Positions 1 through 8,752 of a DNA stretch of 64,000 bases are shown one piece after another. How positions within the stretch are numbered: the stretch's first letter is position 1; the number at the start of each line of letters is the position of its first letter. Both the position numbers and the translations under genes were made by a program. The notes beneath the pieces are model-generated. The model had not been told where the DNA came from, ran no database searches, and saw only the letters and a list, made by a program, of their open reading frames with translations. The stretch comes from Patescibacteria group bacterium (lineage in GTDB: Bacteria; Patescibacteriota; Patescibacteriia; UBA9570), in contig JAJRVJ010000031.1 of assembly GCA_024277435.1 (NCBI GenBank), forward strand, positions 11-64,010. The letters run 5' to 3'.

Positions 1-63
1 GCTCTTCTGTGCGCGTATTCCTGATTCTATTATTTGTCGTTCGAAGTATGTTAGTTTAGCCAT
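1..63 (-). mobile_element. 5' end of a probable IS30-family transposase (runs off the window)
   Basis: ATG at 63 reads MAKLTYFERQIIESGIRAQKS, resembling the IS30 N-terminal HTH (xLTxxERxxIExxLxxGxS); not in the ORF track because it is truncated. Confidence 0.6.
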
Positions 64-103
64 AGACCCATAGGTTATAGGGTCATTACTATATTGTCTT
101 ACA

Positions 104-130
104 GGTGGGGCATTATGTTTAGAATTCGGC
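104..130 (-). repeat. putative IS30-like terminal inverted repeat
   Basis: ggtggggcattatgtttagaattcggc resembles IS30-type ends (GTTGCA-N-TAGAATTC) and lies ~40 bp upstream of the transposase start; partner IR not in window. Confidence 0.4.
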
Positions 131-269
131 TATATGCGCTCATGGCTTGACAAAATCTCTATTTTATTCTGGCGCGTCACTTTTATGGTTTTTTCACATA
201 TTTAAAGTGGCATTTGTACATTCTACAAATACTTTTTGAGTTATATCTAGATTATACATCGCTTGTTCT

Positions 270-339
270 TCTGGTTTTGCTATGGCAGAGTGGTCGTTTT
301 TTTGTTGGCAGCGATTATTCTGCCATTAGCAAAACCGGA
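270..339 (+). other. long imperfect hairpin upstream of the acyltransferase gene
   Basis: ~29-bp stem (tctggttttgctatggcagagtggtcgtt / agcgattattctgccattagcaaaaccgga) with one bulged T; all non-Watson-Crick pairs are G-U on the + strand. Confidence 0.7.
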
Positions 340-398
340 GTGGCATCCGGAATCTACAAGACCTTATATTGTTGGGTCGCATCAGAACAGGTAAATCC

Positions 399-1493
399 AT
401 GACCGATCGTCACGCTGACGACAGCGCAATCTCCGGCTCCGCCGCTCACTCCTTCCTCGTGGGCGACGTCCCCAGCTTCAACATCGGACAGATCGAGGAT
501 GTCCGCCCGTACGTCGAGTCCGTGCTGCCCAGCCTGGCCCAGCGCCTAGCGCTAAGCCCGGGAGACGCGGCCGAGATGCACCGGCTCTTCCTGGCCAGCC
601 TCGACGCGGCCACCGTGGCCCTCCCCCAGTACATGGAGGAAGCCTTCGCCCCCGCCATCCCGGAGGGGCGCGAGCTGTTCGACTGGCTCGGGCAGACGCT
701 GATCGACCCCACCGCCTGCACCATCGAGGGGATGGAGAACGTGGTGGAGGCGCGGCGCCTGCAGGCCGGTGGTGCGAACATCATGATGATGAGCAACCAC
801 ACCTCAGGTGCGGACCACCCGGCGACGGAGTGGGCCATCAACAGCGCCCTCGGTGCCGGCAGCACCCACAACTGGCTCTACATGAGTGGGCACGTGGTGA
901 ACTACTTCCTCGTGCCCCTCATGCTCAGCGGCGGCATTCACCGCTTCCAGATCGTGTCGGTGCGGTACCAGGAGGTGGCTAGCAAGCGCACCGATGACCG
1001 CTTGGCCTGGATGCGTGCACGTAACCGGGCCGCCATCATCGCTCTGATGCGTCGAGTGGCCACGGGCGGCAAGTGGATCGTCATGTACCCTGAGGGTGGC
1101 CGTGGAGACGGCGCGCTCAAGGAGGGCGAGCCGCGCACCATGACGGTCCCGCAGGTGGTCGCCGACCTCGGCCCCGACCTGTACATTGTCCCGGTGTATG
1201 TGGAGGCCGCCAGCATCCTGCCGCCGGACCGTCGGTTCGGAGAGGCAGAGTTCACGGCAGTCCTCCACCTGGCGCGCCGCGGTGGAGCCACCGTGAAGTT
1301 CGGCAAGCCGGTCGCCTGGCGCGACCTGCAGCCCTGCAACGACACAGACCTCTGCCTGCCTCCGGGCTGCGACCGACGCGCCCACAAGGCGGCGCTGAAA
1401 CAGTTCCTGCTGACGCAGGTAATGAGCCGCATCGCCGAGATGGCCCCCACCGAGGCCGCCAAGGGCCCCTGGGCCGCGAGTGAGATGAGCTAG
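399..1493 (+). CDS. glycerol-3-phosphate/lysophospholipid acyltransferase, plastid/chlamydial GPAT-like; very GC-rich
   Basis: SNHTSGAD (HxxxxD) block I and YPEGGR block III; spacing like plastid GPAT (SNHQTEAD...PSGGR); ATG 399 coincides with the onset of high GC. Confidence 0.75.
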   Translation: MTDRHADDSAISGSAAHSFLVGDVPSFNIGQIEDVRPYVESVLPSLAQRLALSPGDAAEMHRLFLASLDAATVALPQYMEEAFAPAIPEGRELFDWLGQTLIDPTACTIEGMENVVEARRLQAGGANIMMMSNHTSGADHPATEWAINSALGAGSTHNWLYMSGHVVNYFLVPLMLSGGIHRFQIVSVRYQEVASKRTDDRLAWMRARNRAAIIALMRRVATGGKWIVMYPEGGRGDGALKEGEPRTMTVPQVVADLGPDLYIVPVYVEAASILPPDRRFGEAEFTAVLHLARRGGATVKFGKPVAWRDLQPCNDTDLCLPPGCDRRAHKAALKQFLLTQVMSRIAEMAPTEAAKGPWAASEMS

Positions 1494-1514
1494 ATGTAGG
1501 CGCAAGCTCAAACC

Positions 1515-1577
1515 CTTCCAAGGAGGAAGACCGGGGGCTCGACAATGGAAACTGCGTTGAGCCCCTCCCCCTTAAGT
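1515..1577 (+). repeat. 3' structured element, copy A
   Basis: cttccaagg..ccgggggctcgac-loop-gttgagcccc..taag; similar to 2244-2306. Confidence 0.65.
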
Positions 1578-1669
1578 ACATGCCAAGAAAACTATTTATA
1601 GCTCGTGTATTTAAGGGGAATGTTCTTTGCATATTCTACCTGCGCCTTTCCCCTGCGCAGAGGAGAGTT

Positions 1670-2224
1670 ATGTCTACTCGACCGCAACTACTCGGATTCG
1701 CTGGTAGCGCCCAGTCTGGTAAGACGGAGCTGCGCGACGCCGGCGTCTTCAGTGATTCCGGCCTCACGATGATCAACCTCAACAACGTCGGGAACGAGCT
1801 GCGCGCCGTGGGTTCGCCCTCGCGCGATCGCTTCACCAACCTGATGCCGGCTGAACTGCTGTACGACGACGGGCGCCGCAAGGCCCCCTACTACAACCAC
1901 GTCGCCACGCGTCCTAACGTCCTCGATCAGCTCATCGGCCGCGATGGTATCCCCTTCGACCACGTCATCCTGCTGGACCCGGTCGATCGCACCATCTGGT
2001 ATGAGCGTTTGCGCATTCGTGCAATGGCCCGCGCCTGGGAGGGCACTCCGCCCACCGGACAACAGGTGGCCGACCTCATGGAGGCCATCGGTTGGGGTCC
2101 GGACACCATCCGCACCAACATCGAAGCGATGGTTCCGGCCCACAAACTATCCGTCGTGGACACCAGCCCCGACGACTGGGGCGAGACCAACCTCCGCGCG
2201 GAGCTCGCCCGCCTCGGCTGGTAG
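1670..2224 (+). CDS. dephospho-CoA kinase-like P-loop protein, GC-rich, possibly internally shortened
   Basis: AGGAG RBS at 1661-1665; LLGFAGSAQSGKT Walker A; INLNNVGNELR resembles CoaE IDADxxxHEL; FDHVILLD strand. Confidence 0.55.
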   Translation: MSTRPQLLGFAGSAQSGKTELRDAGVFSDSGLTMINLNNVGNELRAVGSPSRDRFTNLMPAELLYDDGRRKAPYYNHVATRPNVLDQLIGRDGIPFDHVILLDPVDRTIWYERLRIRAMARAWEGTPPTGQQVADLMEAIGWGPDTIRTNIEAMVPAHKLSVVDTSPDDWGETNLRAELARLGW

Positions 2225-2243
2225 ACATCGAAAACAACACACG

Positions 2244-2306
2244 CTTCCAAGGGAAGGAGGGCCCGGGGCTCGGCGTGTAATAAATCGAGCCCCATCTTCC
2301 TAAGCA
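2244..2306 (+). repeat. 3' structured element, copy B
   Basis: cttccaaggg..cccggggctcgg-loop-tcgagcccc..taag; similar to 1515-1577. Confidence 0.65.
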
Positions 2307-2337
2307 TACTTTGCGAAGTATACTTAGTAAGTTATCT

Positions 2338-2370
2338 AAAAACAGACCCTATGTAAGGGTCTGTTTTTTT
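2338..2370. terminator. bidirectional intrinsic terminator
   Basis: aaaaacagaccct-atgta-agggtctgttttttt between convergent genes. Confidence 0.85.
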
Positions 2371-2388
2371 CTGCGCACGTTGTGATTT

Positions 2389-2817
2389 TTATAGTAGCGT
2401 ATGATTATCTTTTTGATGCTGAATAAATGAATCTACATCATCATACTCTGCAAAATTCTCACGATGCGGTAAATCAAATTCTTCTACTGAATCTTTGTTT
2501 TTAATAGGACACCATACCTGCTCCGTCTGCTTAGATACCTCAATTGCAAACGCTAACACACCATTACCATAGCTACAATATAAACAATTTATTTTTTGAA
2601 ACCAATTGAGATATGGTAAGCCAAATCTCTTATCTTTAACATACTTACTACTATCCACTAATTCAATTCCATAAATTGGAAAGCATATCGATTGATAAAT
2701 TTTCGTACATAAATGCAATAATGCAATAGGAATAATCATTCCATAAATAAATGGTGCCGTTAAGGTCATTGCCGCCTGCTGGGCACCTTCATTTTCATAT
2801 ATACGAGCTTTATTCAT
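2389..2817 (-). CDS. conserved hypothetical Cys-containing membrane-associated protein
   Basis: PFIYGMIIP...YQxICFPIYGI...NCLYCSYGNG...WCPIK pattern. Confidence 0.7.
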   Translation of the reverse strand: MNKARIYENEGAQQAAMTLTAPFIYGMIIPIALLHLCTKIYQSICFPIYGIELVDSSKYVKDKRFGLPYLNWFQKINCLYCSYGNGVLAFAIEVSKQTEQVWCPIKNKDSVEEFDLPHRENFAEYDDVDSFIQHQKDNHTLL

Positions 2818-2903
2818 AATACTTTACTAATGTTCTTTAATTCTGTTACTTAATTGGGATTAGCTCTAGTATAGCAATATTTAGCAAATTCTGCTTAATT
2901 ATG

Positions 2904-4046
2904 CTATTGAGGAGCTAGCTGACTTGCAGCATATACCCCTGTAATAAAACAATCTTCTAAACTTGGAATATTATGCTCTCCTATCATATATATACCCTCT
3001 TTAAATTCAACAGGCACAAGGGTATCGCTCATGCGCACGCTAAATGCTGGGCTCCAATTATGCTGTGCGATTATATCATAGGACTGAAAATACTCATCGA
3101 TATTTATCCCTTCCTTACTTCTTCCATATAACAAAAATGTACCATCTATTTGTTCAGCTAAACAGATTGTAGGATTACTGATATGAAAAAAGTGATAGTG
3201 CTTACTTTGATATTTAGGCTTGCGCGTACCCCGCAAGTGATACATATACGCGTGAACAGCTTCATTTGGATTCTCTTGGTTTAGCAGGCTAAAGGCTGGC
3301 CCACTTGGTGTGGCTATAACAATATTATCTGCAGTATACTCACTACCAGATTTACAACGTATAGTATATGGATGCGATTCTGTATTAATAGAAGTTACAG
3401 AATCTATTTGTATTGCATCCTGAACTGGATTGGATAGTTTTTCTAAATCGAATGTAAATTCATACGAAGGCGTTACAAATGGAAGTGATAACCATAATAA
3501 ATAAAATGCGGATAATTCATCTAGCGATCGAAAAGCCGTGACATAGATACCATGTTCAATATATTCCACAATAAATTCATCAATCCCATGTTGTTTCAAC
3601 CATGCTTTAGCCGGCGTACTATAAAGCTCCTTTAAATACTGATTTTCTTCTATAGCTATTGCATGCGATTTTATCGCAGCCTGCTCACGCATTTCTTTAA
3701 AATGCCCTCGAAATTCTCGCAATAATTTTCTGTACCGCAATGCTTGCTGAAGTTTCCTACCAACACCGATAGACCAAATAGTTTTTCCATTACCTTCTTC
3801 GTCATAAAAAATTGCATTTAATTCCGTAATTTTTCGTCCACGCGTAACGTATGGTAGTACATTTGTATAATCCTCAGTAATATAATATGCACCATAATTC
3901 ACTACCTTATCTTTTGATTGCTTAAGACACCCCCCTATATTTTTACTAATCACCAAAAAATCTTCACCCCGTTTGATTAAGGAATTGGCACAGCTTAAAC
4001 CAGCTATTCCAGCGCCGATAATAATTGTTGGGTAGTGCGTCCTCAT
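2904..4046 (-). CDS. FAD-dependent oxidoreductase (amine oxidase superfamily)
   Basis: IIGAGIAGL Rossmann motif, IGG, C-terminal GE...LEDCFITG. Confidence 0.8.
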   Translation of the reverse strand: MRTHYPTIIIGAGIAGLSCANSLIKRGEDFLVISKNIGGCLKQSKDKVVNYGAYYITEDYTNVLPYVTRGRKITELNAIFYDEEGNGKTIWSIGVGRKLQQALRYRKLLREFRGHFKEMREQAAIKSHAIAIEENQYLKELYSTPAKAWLKQHGIDEFIVEYIEHGIYVTAFRSLDELSAFYLLWLSLPFVTPSYEFTFDLEKLSNPVQDAIQIDSVTSINTESHPYTIRCKSGSEYTADNIVIATPSGPAFSLLNQENPNEAVHAYMYHLRGTRKPKYQSKHYHFFHISNPTICLAEQIDGTFLLYGRSKEGINIDEYFQSYDIIAQHNWSPAFSVRMSDTLVPVEFKEGIYMIGEHNIPSLEDCFITGVYAASQLAPQ

Positions 4047-4051
4047 ATATG

Positions 4052-4903
4052 TTATTTCAATCGCAACGAATACTTATTATTCTTTCCCCAATCTAGATCC
4101 CTATTAAAGCTGTATGTTTGATTTTTATGCTCTACAGTTATTATTATATAATCCTTCTGACCAGGTATTTCTCCTGCTGTAAATTTACCTTTACTATTCG
4201 TTTTGCCCGACCATAACTCTTCTCCAGATGACGATGTAATAGTAACATCTGCTGCACGCACTACCCTGCCTTTTATGTTCCTTACTGTACCTTTTATATA
4301 TGGGTTTCCTTGTGCAAGAATTTCGATGTTGTCTAGTATAGCTATTGCATCACCATATTCTTCTTGATTGAATTGAAATATCAAATCATATTTTCTACCC
4401 CTCTTTAAATCACTGATATCAAGATGAGCCGTTTTGTATTGATATCCACCACGGGTTTTTTCTGAAACTTTTTTTATTACATGTTTTTTTCCAGTACGCA
4501 CATCCCGTAAGATCACTTTTAGAGAACTTTCCTCATAACTCATTGGTTCATAATACCAAGCATAGTTTAATTGAATGCGATCAGCTTTTTTTGGTAACAT
4601 AATACGTTGCTTAACACGCTCCATAACCCTACCTGTAAACCCAAATAGAATATTTGGAGCTGAGTTTGGCTCCAAATCGTACCTGTTCCAACTTATTATT
4701 TTGTCACATGATAATGGTGCGCATTTCCAATGCTTATAATCATAAACATAATCTAAAAGCTCTTCGTCAAATTCTGAAGTGTAATTACTAAACTCACCAT
4801 TTTTAACCATATTCTTATTCATTACTTTTGCTGAAGCCGGTGCCGCAATAAGTAAGGCAGTAATTGATACTATTCCAAAAATATATGTTGATATTTTTTT
4901 CAT
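4052..4903 (-). CDS. secreted protein with carbohydrate-binding-like and carboxypeptidase-regulatory-like domains
   Basis: signal peptide (APASA), NGEF start, IKGTVRN...G..V..ADVTI...TNSKGKF. Confidence 0.65.
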   Translation of the reverse strand: MKKISTYIFGIVSITALLIAAPASAKVMNKNMVKNGEFSNYTSEFDEELLDYVYDYKHWKCAPLSCDKIISWNRYDLEPNSAPNILFGFTGRVMERVKQRIMLPKKADRIQLNYAWYYEPMSYEESSLKVILRDVRTGKKHVIKKVSEKTRGGYQYKTAHLDISDLKRGRKYDLIFQFNQEEYGDAIAILDNIEILAQGNPYIKGTVRNIKGRVVRAADVTITSSSGEELWSGKTNSKGKFTAGEIPGQKDYIIITVEHKNQTYSFNRDLDWGKNNKYSLRLK

Positions 4904-4966
4904 TGTATTATTAATTAATGCTTATTTTATAGAAATCTAGTATACGTGTTGTATATGAATATACAA

Positions 4967-5674
4967 CTATTTTTTCATATAATATGATTTTTTGCTTTTA
5001 CTGAATTTTTCAATCGCATAACGCAACATAGTGCGCGGCATAACCTTATAATATTTCCCCAAGAATTCTTCTTCAACCTTCTGGTCACGCTTACCTACTT
5101 CACGTAGCATCCAACCTACAGCCCTATGAATTAAATCATGTTCGTGATGAAGTAGTATTTTAGAAATCTTTAGCGTGTCATCATATTGATTATCTTGAAT
5201 AAAACGCGCCGTTGCAATAATAGCAATCCGCTGCTTCCACAAATCCTTTGATCGAGCCAGAGTATACAGTTGCTTTCGTGAATGTGTAAACATATACTCC
5301 CCTACAATTTTATAGGCCGAGCTATCCACTAAATCCCAATTATTCACATACCGGGTATTCTTGAGATACAAATTATAAATTGATTTTCGCATTTTCTCAT
5401 CGCCATTCTCAAATTGATCTACCAAAATAAATAATGCCACCAAGCGATGCTCGTGCCATGGACTTGCTAGTAATTTTTTTACCTCTGCTAACGGTAATTC
5501 TCGATACTTGCGAGCTACCTTTCTTTGTTCTGGAACAGTAACACCAAGGAACTTATCACCTTCTCCGTATTGACCTTTTCCTGTTTTAAAAAACCAAGCC
5601 GAAGCCTCTGCCTTCTGCTTGGTAGCGAGTGCCTTAAGGTCGCCCCTAAGTTTAGAAAGTGTATATTGCGCCAC
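4967..5674 (-). CDS. DNA alkylation repair protein (AlkD-like HEAT repeat)
   Basis: FFKTGKGQYGEGDKFLGV, NNWDLVD, AVGWMLREVGK, MPRTMLRYAIEKF. Confidence 0.9.
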   Translation of the reverse strand: MAQYTLSKLRGDLKALATKQKAEASAWFFKTGKGQYGEGDKFLGVTVPEQRKVARKYRELPLAEVKKLLASPWHEHRLVALFILVDQFENGDEKMRKSIYNLYLKNTRYVNNWDLVDSSAYKIVGEYMFTHSRKQLYTLARSKDLWKQRIAIIATARFIQDNQYDDTLKISKILLHHEHDLIHRAVGWMLREVGKRDQKVEEEFLGKYYKVMPRTMLRYAIEKFSKSKKSYYMKK

Positions 5675-5699
5675 ATAAATAGCTTACCAAGAGCTATTC

Positions 5700-6587
5700 T
5701 TAATTGCAATCTAGTGCGGTTTGTAGATTACTAAGATTATCTTCCATTACAGAAATATACTCTCTGCCAGCAGCAAGATCATCTTCTGATAATGCCTCAA
5801 GTGGATTTAATACTAATGTTTCTACGCCTGTATCTGCAGCCAACGATTCTGATAATTCAGGGCTAGTAAGTTCTTCAAAAAAGATATAATCAATATTGAT
5901 CTCACTAATAACCTCCGTTAGCTCAGCCAGTCTTTTTGCAGATGGTTTCACATCTGGTGAAAATCCTGCAATTGATTCAACTGAAAAATTATACTGTTCT
6001 GCCATACGGCCAAATGCATCGTGCGCTACCACTATTGTATCTAAATTACATTGCGCTAATCCCACTTCGAACGTAGTGTGAAGCTCTTCTAACTCCGTAA
6101 TATATTGTTCTGCATTCATCTTGTAGCTAGCACTATTATCTGGATCAACCTCAGATAAGCCCACTTCAATTACCTCCACCATTTCGGTTGCTAGCATTGG
6201 ATCTAACCATGTGTGAGGGTCTGCGGTTTGTGATTCCAAAGAATCCATGATCTGAATAACAGTAGTTCCTTGTGCCTCAAGGTCTGGGATTAAATCTTTA
6301 ACCCAGGGATCAAAATTCCCTCCTTGATACACTAATACGTCTGCAGAGTAAATATCGGCTACCACTTGAGGAGTTGGTGCATAACTATGGCTACCAGATC
6401 CTTGTGGCGGCGTAATCAACTCAACAGCATCTCCACCTACTTGATCAACGAAATGCTCTAATACATAAAAGGTTGTAGCAACCGTTATTGCGTCTGAGTC
6501 ACTAGATGGTTCTTCGGATAATAAGGTGCAACCAGATAATACTGTTAGGCTACCAAAAACGATTATAGATGCTAGTATATATTTCAT
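5700..6587 (-). CDS. ZnuA/AdcA-family metal ABC substrate-binding lipoprotein
   Basis: LSGC lipobox; HSYAPTP, DPHTWLDP, HDAFG, LNPLE; start moved to ATG 6587. Confidence 0.9.
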   Translation of the reverse strand: MKYILASIIVFGSLTVLSGCTLLSEEPSSDSDAITVATTFYVLEHFVDQVGGDAVELITPPQGSGSHSYAPTPQVVADIYSADVLVYQGGNFDPWVKDLIPDLEAQGTTVIQIMDSLESQTADPHTWLDPMLATEMVEVIEVGLSEVDPDNSASYKMNAEQYITELEELHTTFEVGLAQCNLDTIVVAHDAFGRMAEQYNFSVESIAGFSPDVKPSAKRLAELTEVISEINIDYIFFEELTSPELSESLAADTGVETLVLNPLEALSEDDLAAGREYISVMEDNLSNLQTALDCN

Positions 6588-6593
6588 GTATAT

Positions 6594-6622
6594 ATTATAT
6601 TGCAAATCATTTGCTTTTGCAA
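6594..6622 (-). promoter_or_regulatory. sigma70 promoter containing a Zur/Fur-like palindrome
   Basis: TTGCAA-17 bp-TATAAT, 6 nt before the ATG; spacer holds GCAAAT-G-ATTTGC (6602-6614). Confidence 0.7.
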
Positions 6623-6645
6623 GGTATTTATGAAAACTATAGTTA

Positions 6646-7047
6646 CTATATAGTAAACATAGTTATTCCAGAATCCCAAATAAGTTGATCCCCAAATCCA
6701 TCCCACCACAATTGCCACTGAGCTTGCGCACCAGCTGGATTGTTATCATATTCTTGATCTGTAATATCTAATGGATACTCAATATATTGATTCAATGCAT
6801 TGCGAGCAGTAACCGATACCGACACCTCACTCAATGCCGCTATAAGCACAGGTATGGCCTCCACTCTACCCTGAGCTAGTAATGCACGTGCAGCAGCAGT
6901 GCGAATCCCCTCGTCCTCATCTTGAAGTGATGACAATAGTGATTCTGCTGAATTTTGGTCATTAGCAGTACTCCATAAAATTATGGTAGCAACAAATACA
7001 AGGCACGCTATACTGCCGATAATGAGTACAGTTTTATTTCTATTCAT
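6646..7047 (-). CDS. membrane-anchored HEAT-repeat protein
   Basis: N-terminal TM; LQDEDEGIRTAAARAL...EAIPVLIAAL. Confidence 0.7.
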   Translation of the reverse strand: MNRNKTVLIIGSIACLVFVATIILWSTANDQNSAESLLSSLQDEDEGIRTAAARALLAQGRVEAIPVLIAALSEVSVSVTARNALNQYIEYPLDITDQEYDNNPAGAQAQWQLWWDGFGDQLIWDSGITMFTI

Positions 7048-7062
7048 ACGAAATAACTATAC

Positions 7063-7094
7063 AAAACAGTCCCCTTGTTGGGGACTGTTTTTTT
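7063..7094. terminator. intrinsic terminator
   Basis: aaaacagtcccc-ttgtt-ggggactgtttt. Confidence 0.85.
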
Positions 7095-7106
7095 GAACTT
7101 ATGCTC

Positions 7107-7955
7107 TTAACCTTCAAATGTACCATTCGTGGTGAATTTCTTCTTTAGTTTCTTTGACTTTCCAGCTTCGTTCTTAAACCAGGCGCGAACTTGATAGGTA
7201 GTTCCCGGTTTTAATTTCTTGTAGGTGAAATTCCACTTGGTGTTTGTACTACTTGTACTCACAGCTTTTTTATTCTTTTTCTTCCATTTTGTCCATTTAC
7301 CAGTTGTACCTTTTTTCTTCCAGCGAATTTCACGAATAACTTTTGTTGGACGATCTGATGCATCTTTTAACACCACACGATAATTTACTTTTTTCTTGGT
7401 TTTCTTAGTGATCTTCACTTTCTTTGGTTTCTTTGGTTTAGTTACCTCTTCGCTACTATTATCAGCACATGATCCATCACCAATAGTGAATGTACTAGAT
7501 TCTGTATAATTAGCAGATGGACCAGGATCTTCAGTGGTAGCCATTAATTTATAGCATCCATCGGTGGGATTCTTTACATTATTCATGCCAATTTGCCAAC
7601 TTGTTGAATATGAACTAGTAAAATCAACATCCATAGTCCAAGCTTCGTTATTTTGAATGGCTTCTGAACTTTCGGCAGTGAAATTTAGCACTGGACTCAT
7701 TGTTGAATTTTCAAAACTATACCCTGTATCATCTGGAACCCCAGCATCTTTGGTAGCGAAAAAGAATGTCATATCCTTATTATCGGTACCCATAGTATGA
7801 TCTGTAGCTAAACCTACGCTAAATGTATATGAGGTAGTTGCGCCAGCAACAGTTGAGGATGGAGTTACGCGTAATGAACTAATATTGGAATCAGCTGCTA
7901 AAGTAAGTGATGGCAAGCTCAGAGCCACAATGATGGCGATAATGTATTTACGCAT
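7107..7955 (-). CDS. secreted protein with C-terminal Lys-rich fibronectin type III-like domain
   Basis: signal peptide; acidic beta-rich N-domain; KKLKPGTTYQVRAW..NEAG.S FN3 motif. Confidence 0.75.
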   Translation of the reverse strand: MRKYIIAIIVALSLPSLTLAADSNISSLRVTPSSTVAGATTSYTFSVGLATDHTMGTDNKDMTFFFATKDAGVPDDTGYSFENSTMSPVLNFTAESSEAIQNNEAWTMDVDFTSSYSTSWQIGMNNVKNPTDGCYKLMATTEDPGPSANYTESSTFTIGDGSCADNSSEEVTKPKKPKKVKITKKTKKKVNYRVVLKDASDRPTKVIREIRWKKKGTTGKWTKWKKKNKKAVSTSSTNTKWNFTYKKLKPGTTYQVRAWFKNEAGKSKKLKKKFTTNGTFEG

Positions 7956-8034
7956 GAATATTCTATGAATAATTAACTAGAAATAGTATAGCAAAATTAT
8001 ACGTAATTGTTAATGTTGATATGACAAGCCGTAA

Positions 8035-8724
8035 TTAGGCCAACTTAGAAATAATCTCAGCATGAATAGTTTGTAGTTGCTTTACAACACCCCCGAGCGC
8101 ACTATCTTGTTGTACTAATACATCATGTTCAACGTTTCCGTATGATAATTTTTTCACCTTCTCAATCAACGCATTAATATAATTCCACTGCTCCCACAAT
8201 ACAGCAGCTTCTTTACGTAAGGCCACAACCTTAGCTAACGTTTCTAAACGATGCTGAGTATTGATGACATCGCGCACTAAATGATCGGTTTGTTTGCGAT
8301 AACTCAATTGCATGGGTAGCTGCACTTCAAGCTCTGTAACAAAACGCAATAAGTCACAATTCGCAACAATATCACCGTAATCATAACCAAACATAAACAC
8401 ATATTCTTCCAAGCTCTCATTAGGAAGCGAACCCATTACTGTACGATGAAATGTATCTAACCAAATGGAGTAATCACGTGACTTTTCTGGAAGATCTGGC
8501 AGCGTAATTCCAGCGCTATTCGCAAATTCCTTTGCAATCACTAAATAACTATCATAAAATTCCTTACGTAATTGCAGTTGCTGAGTAACAGTATTATGTA
8601 CTCTCTGTACTGGCTCGATATCATCAACTTCAAGTAATTTTAATATTTCAAATTTACTAAAAAAAGCCGCTGTATTGGCTGCTAAATAACTTGCATTATA
8701 GTGATCTTGTAAAGTGAGTTCCAT
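8035..8724 (-). CDS. hypothetical alpha-helical protein
   Basis: open frame; ATG 8724 preceded by TGCTATACT; this start avoids overlap with the helicase. Confidence 0.65.
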   Translation of the reverse strand: MELTLQDHYNASYLAANTAAFFSKFEILKLLEVDDIEPVQRVHNTVTQQLQLRKEFYDSYLVIAKEFANSAGITLPDLPEKSRDYSIWLDTFHRTVMGSLPNESLEEYVFMFGYDYGDIVANCDLLRFVTELEVQLPMQLSYRKQTDHLVRDVINTQHRLETLAKVVALRKEAAVLWEQWNYINALIEKVKKLSYGNVEHDVLVQQDSALGGVVKQLQTIHAEIISKLA

Positions 8725-8752
8725 TTGTCCAACAGTATAGCATATTTTTTCA

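Noticed and set aside
446-2307. Many overlapping alternative-frame ORFs in the GC-rich region
   Set aside because: Expected shadow ORFs of high-GC coding DNA; they lack motifs, while the + frames carry recognisable ones
270-2330. Canonical integron attC array
   Set aside because: The hairpins lack RYYYAAC/GTTRRRY boxes, fold better on the top strand, and no intI is in the window
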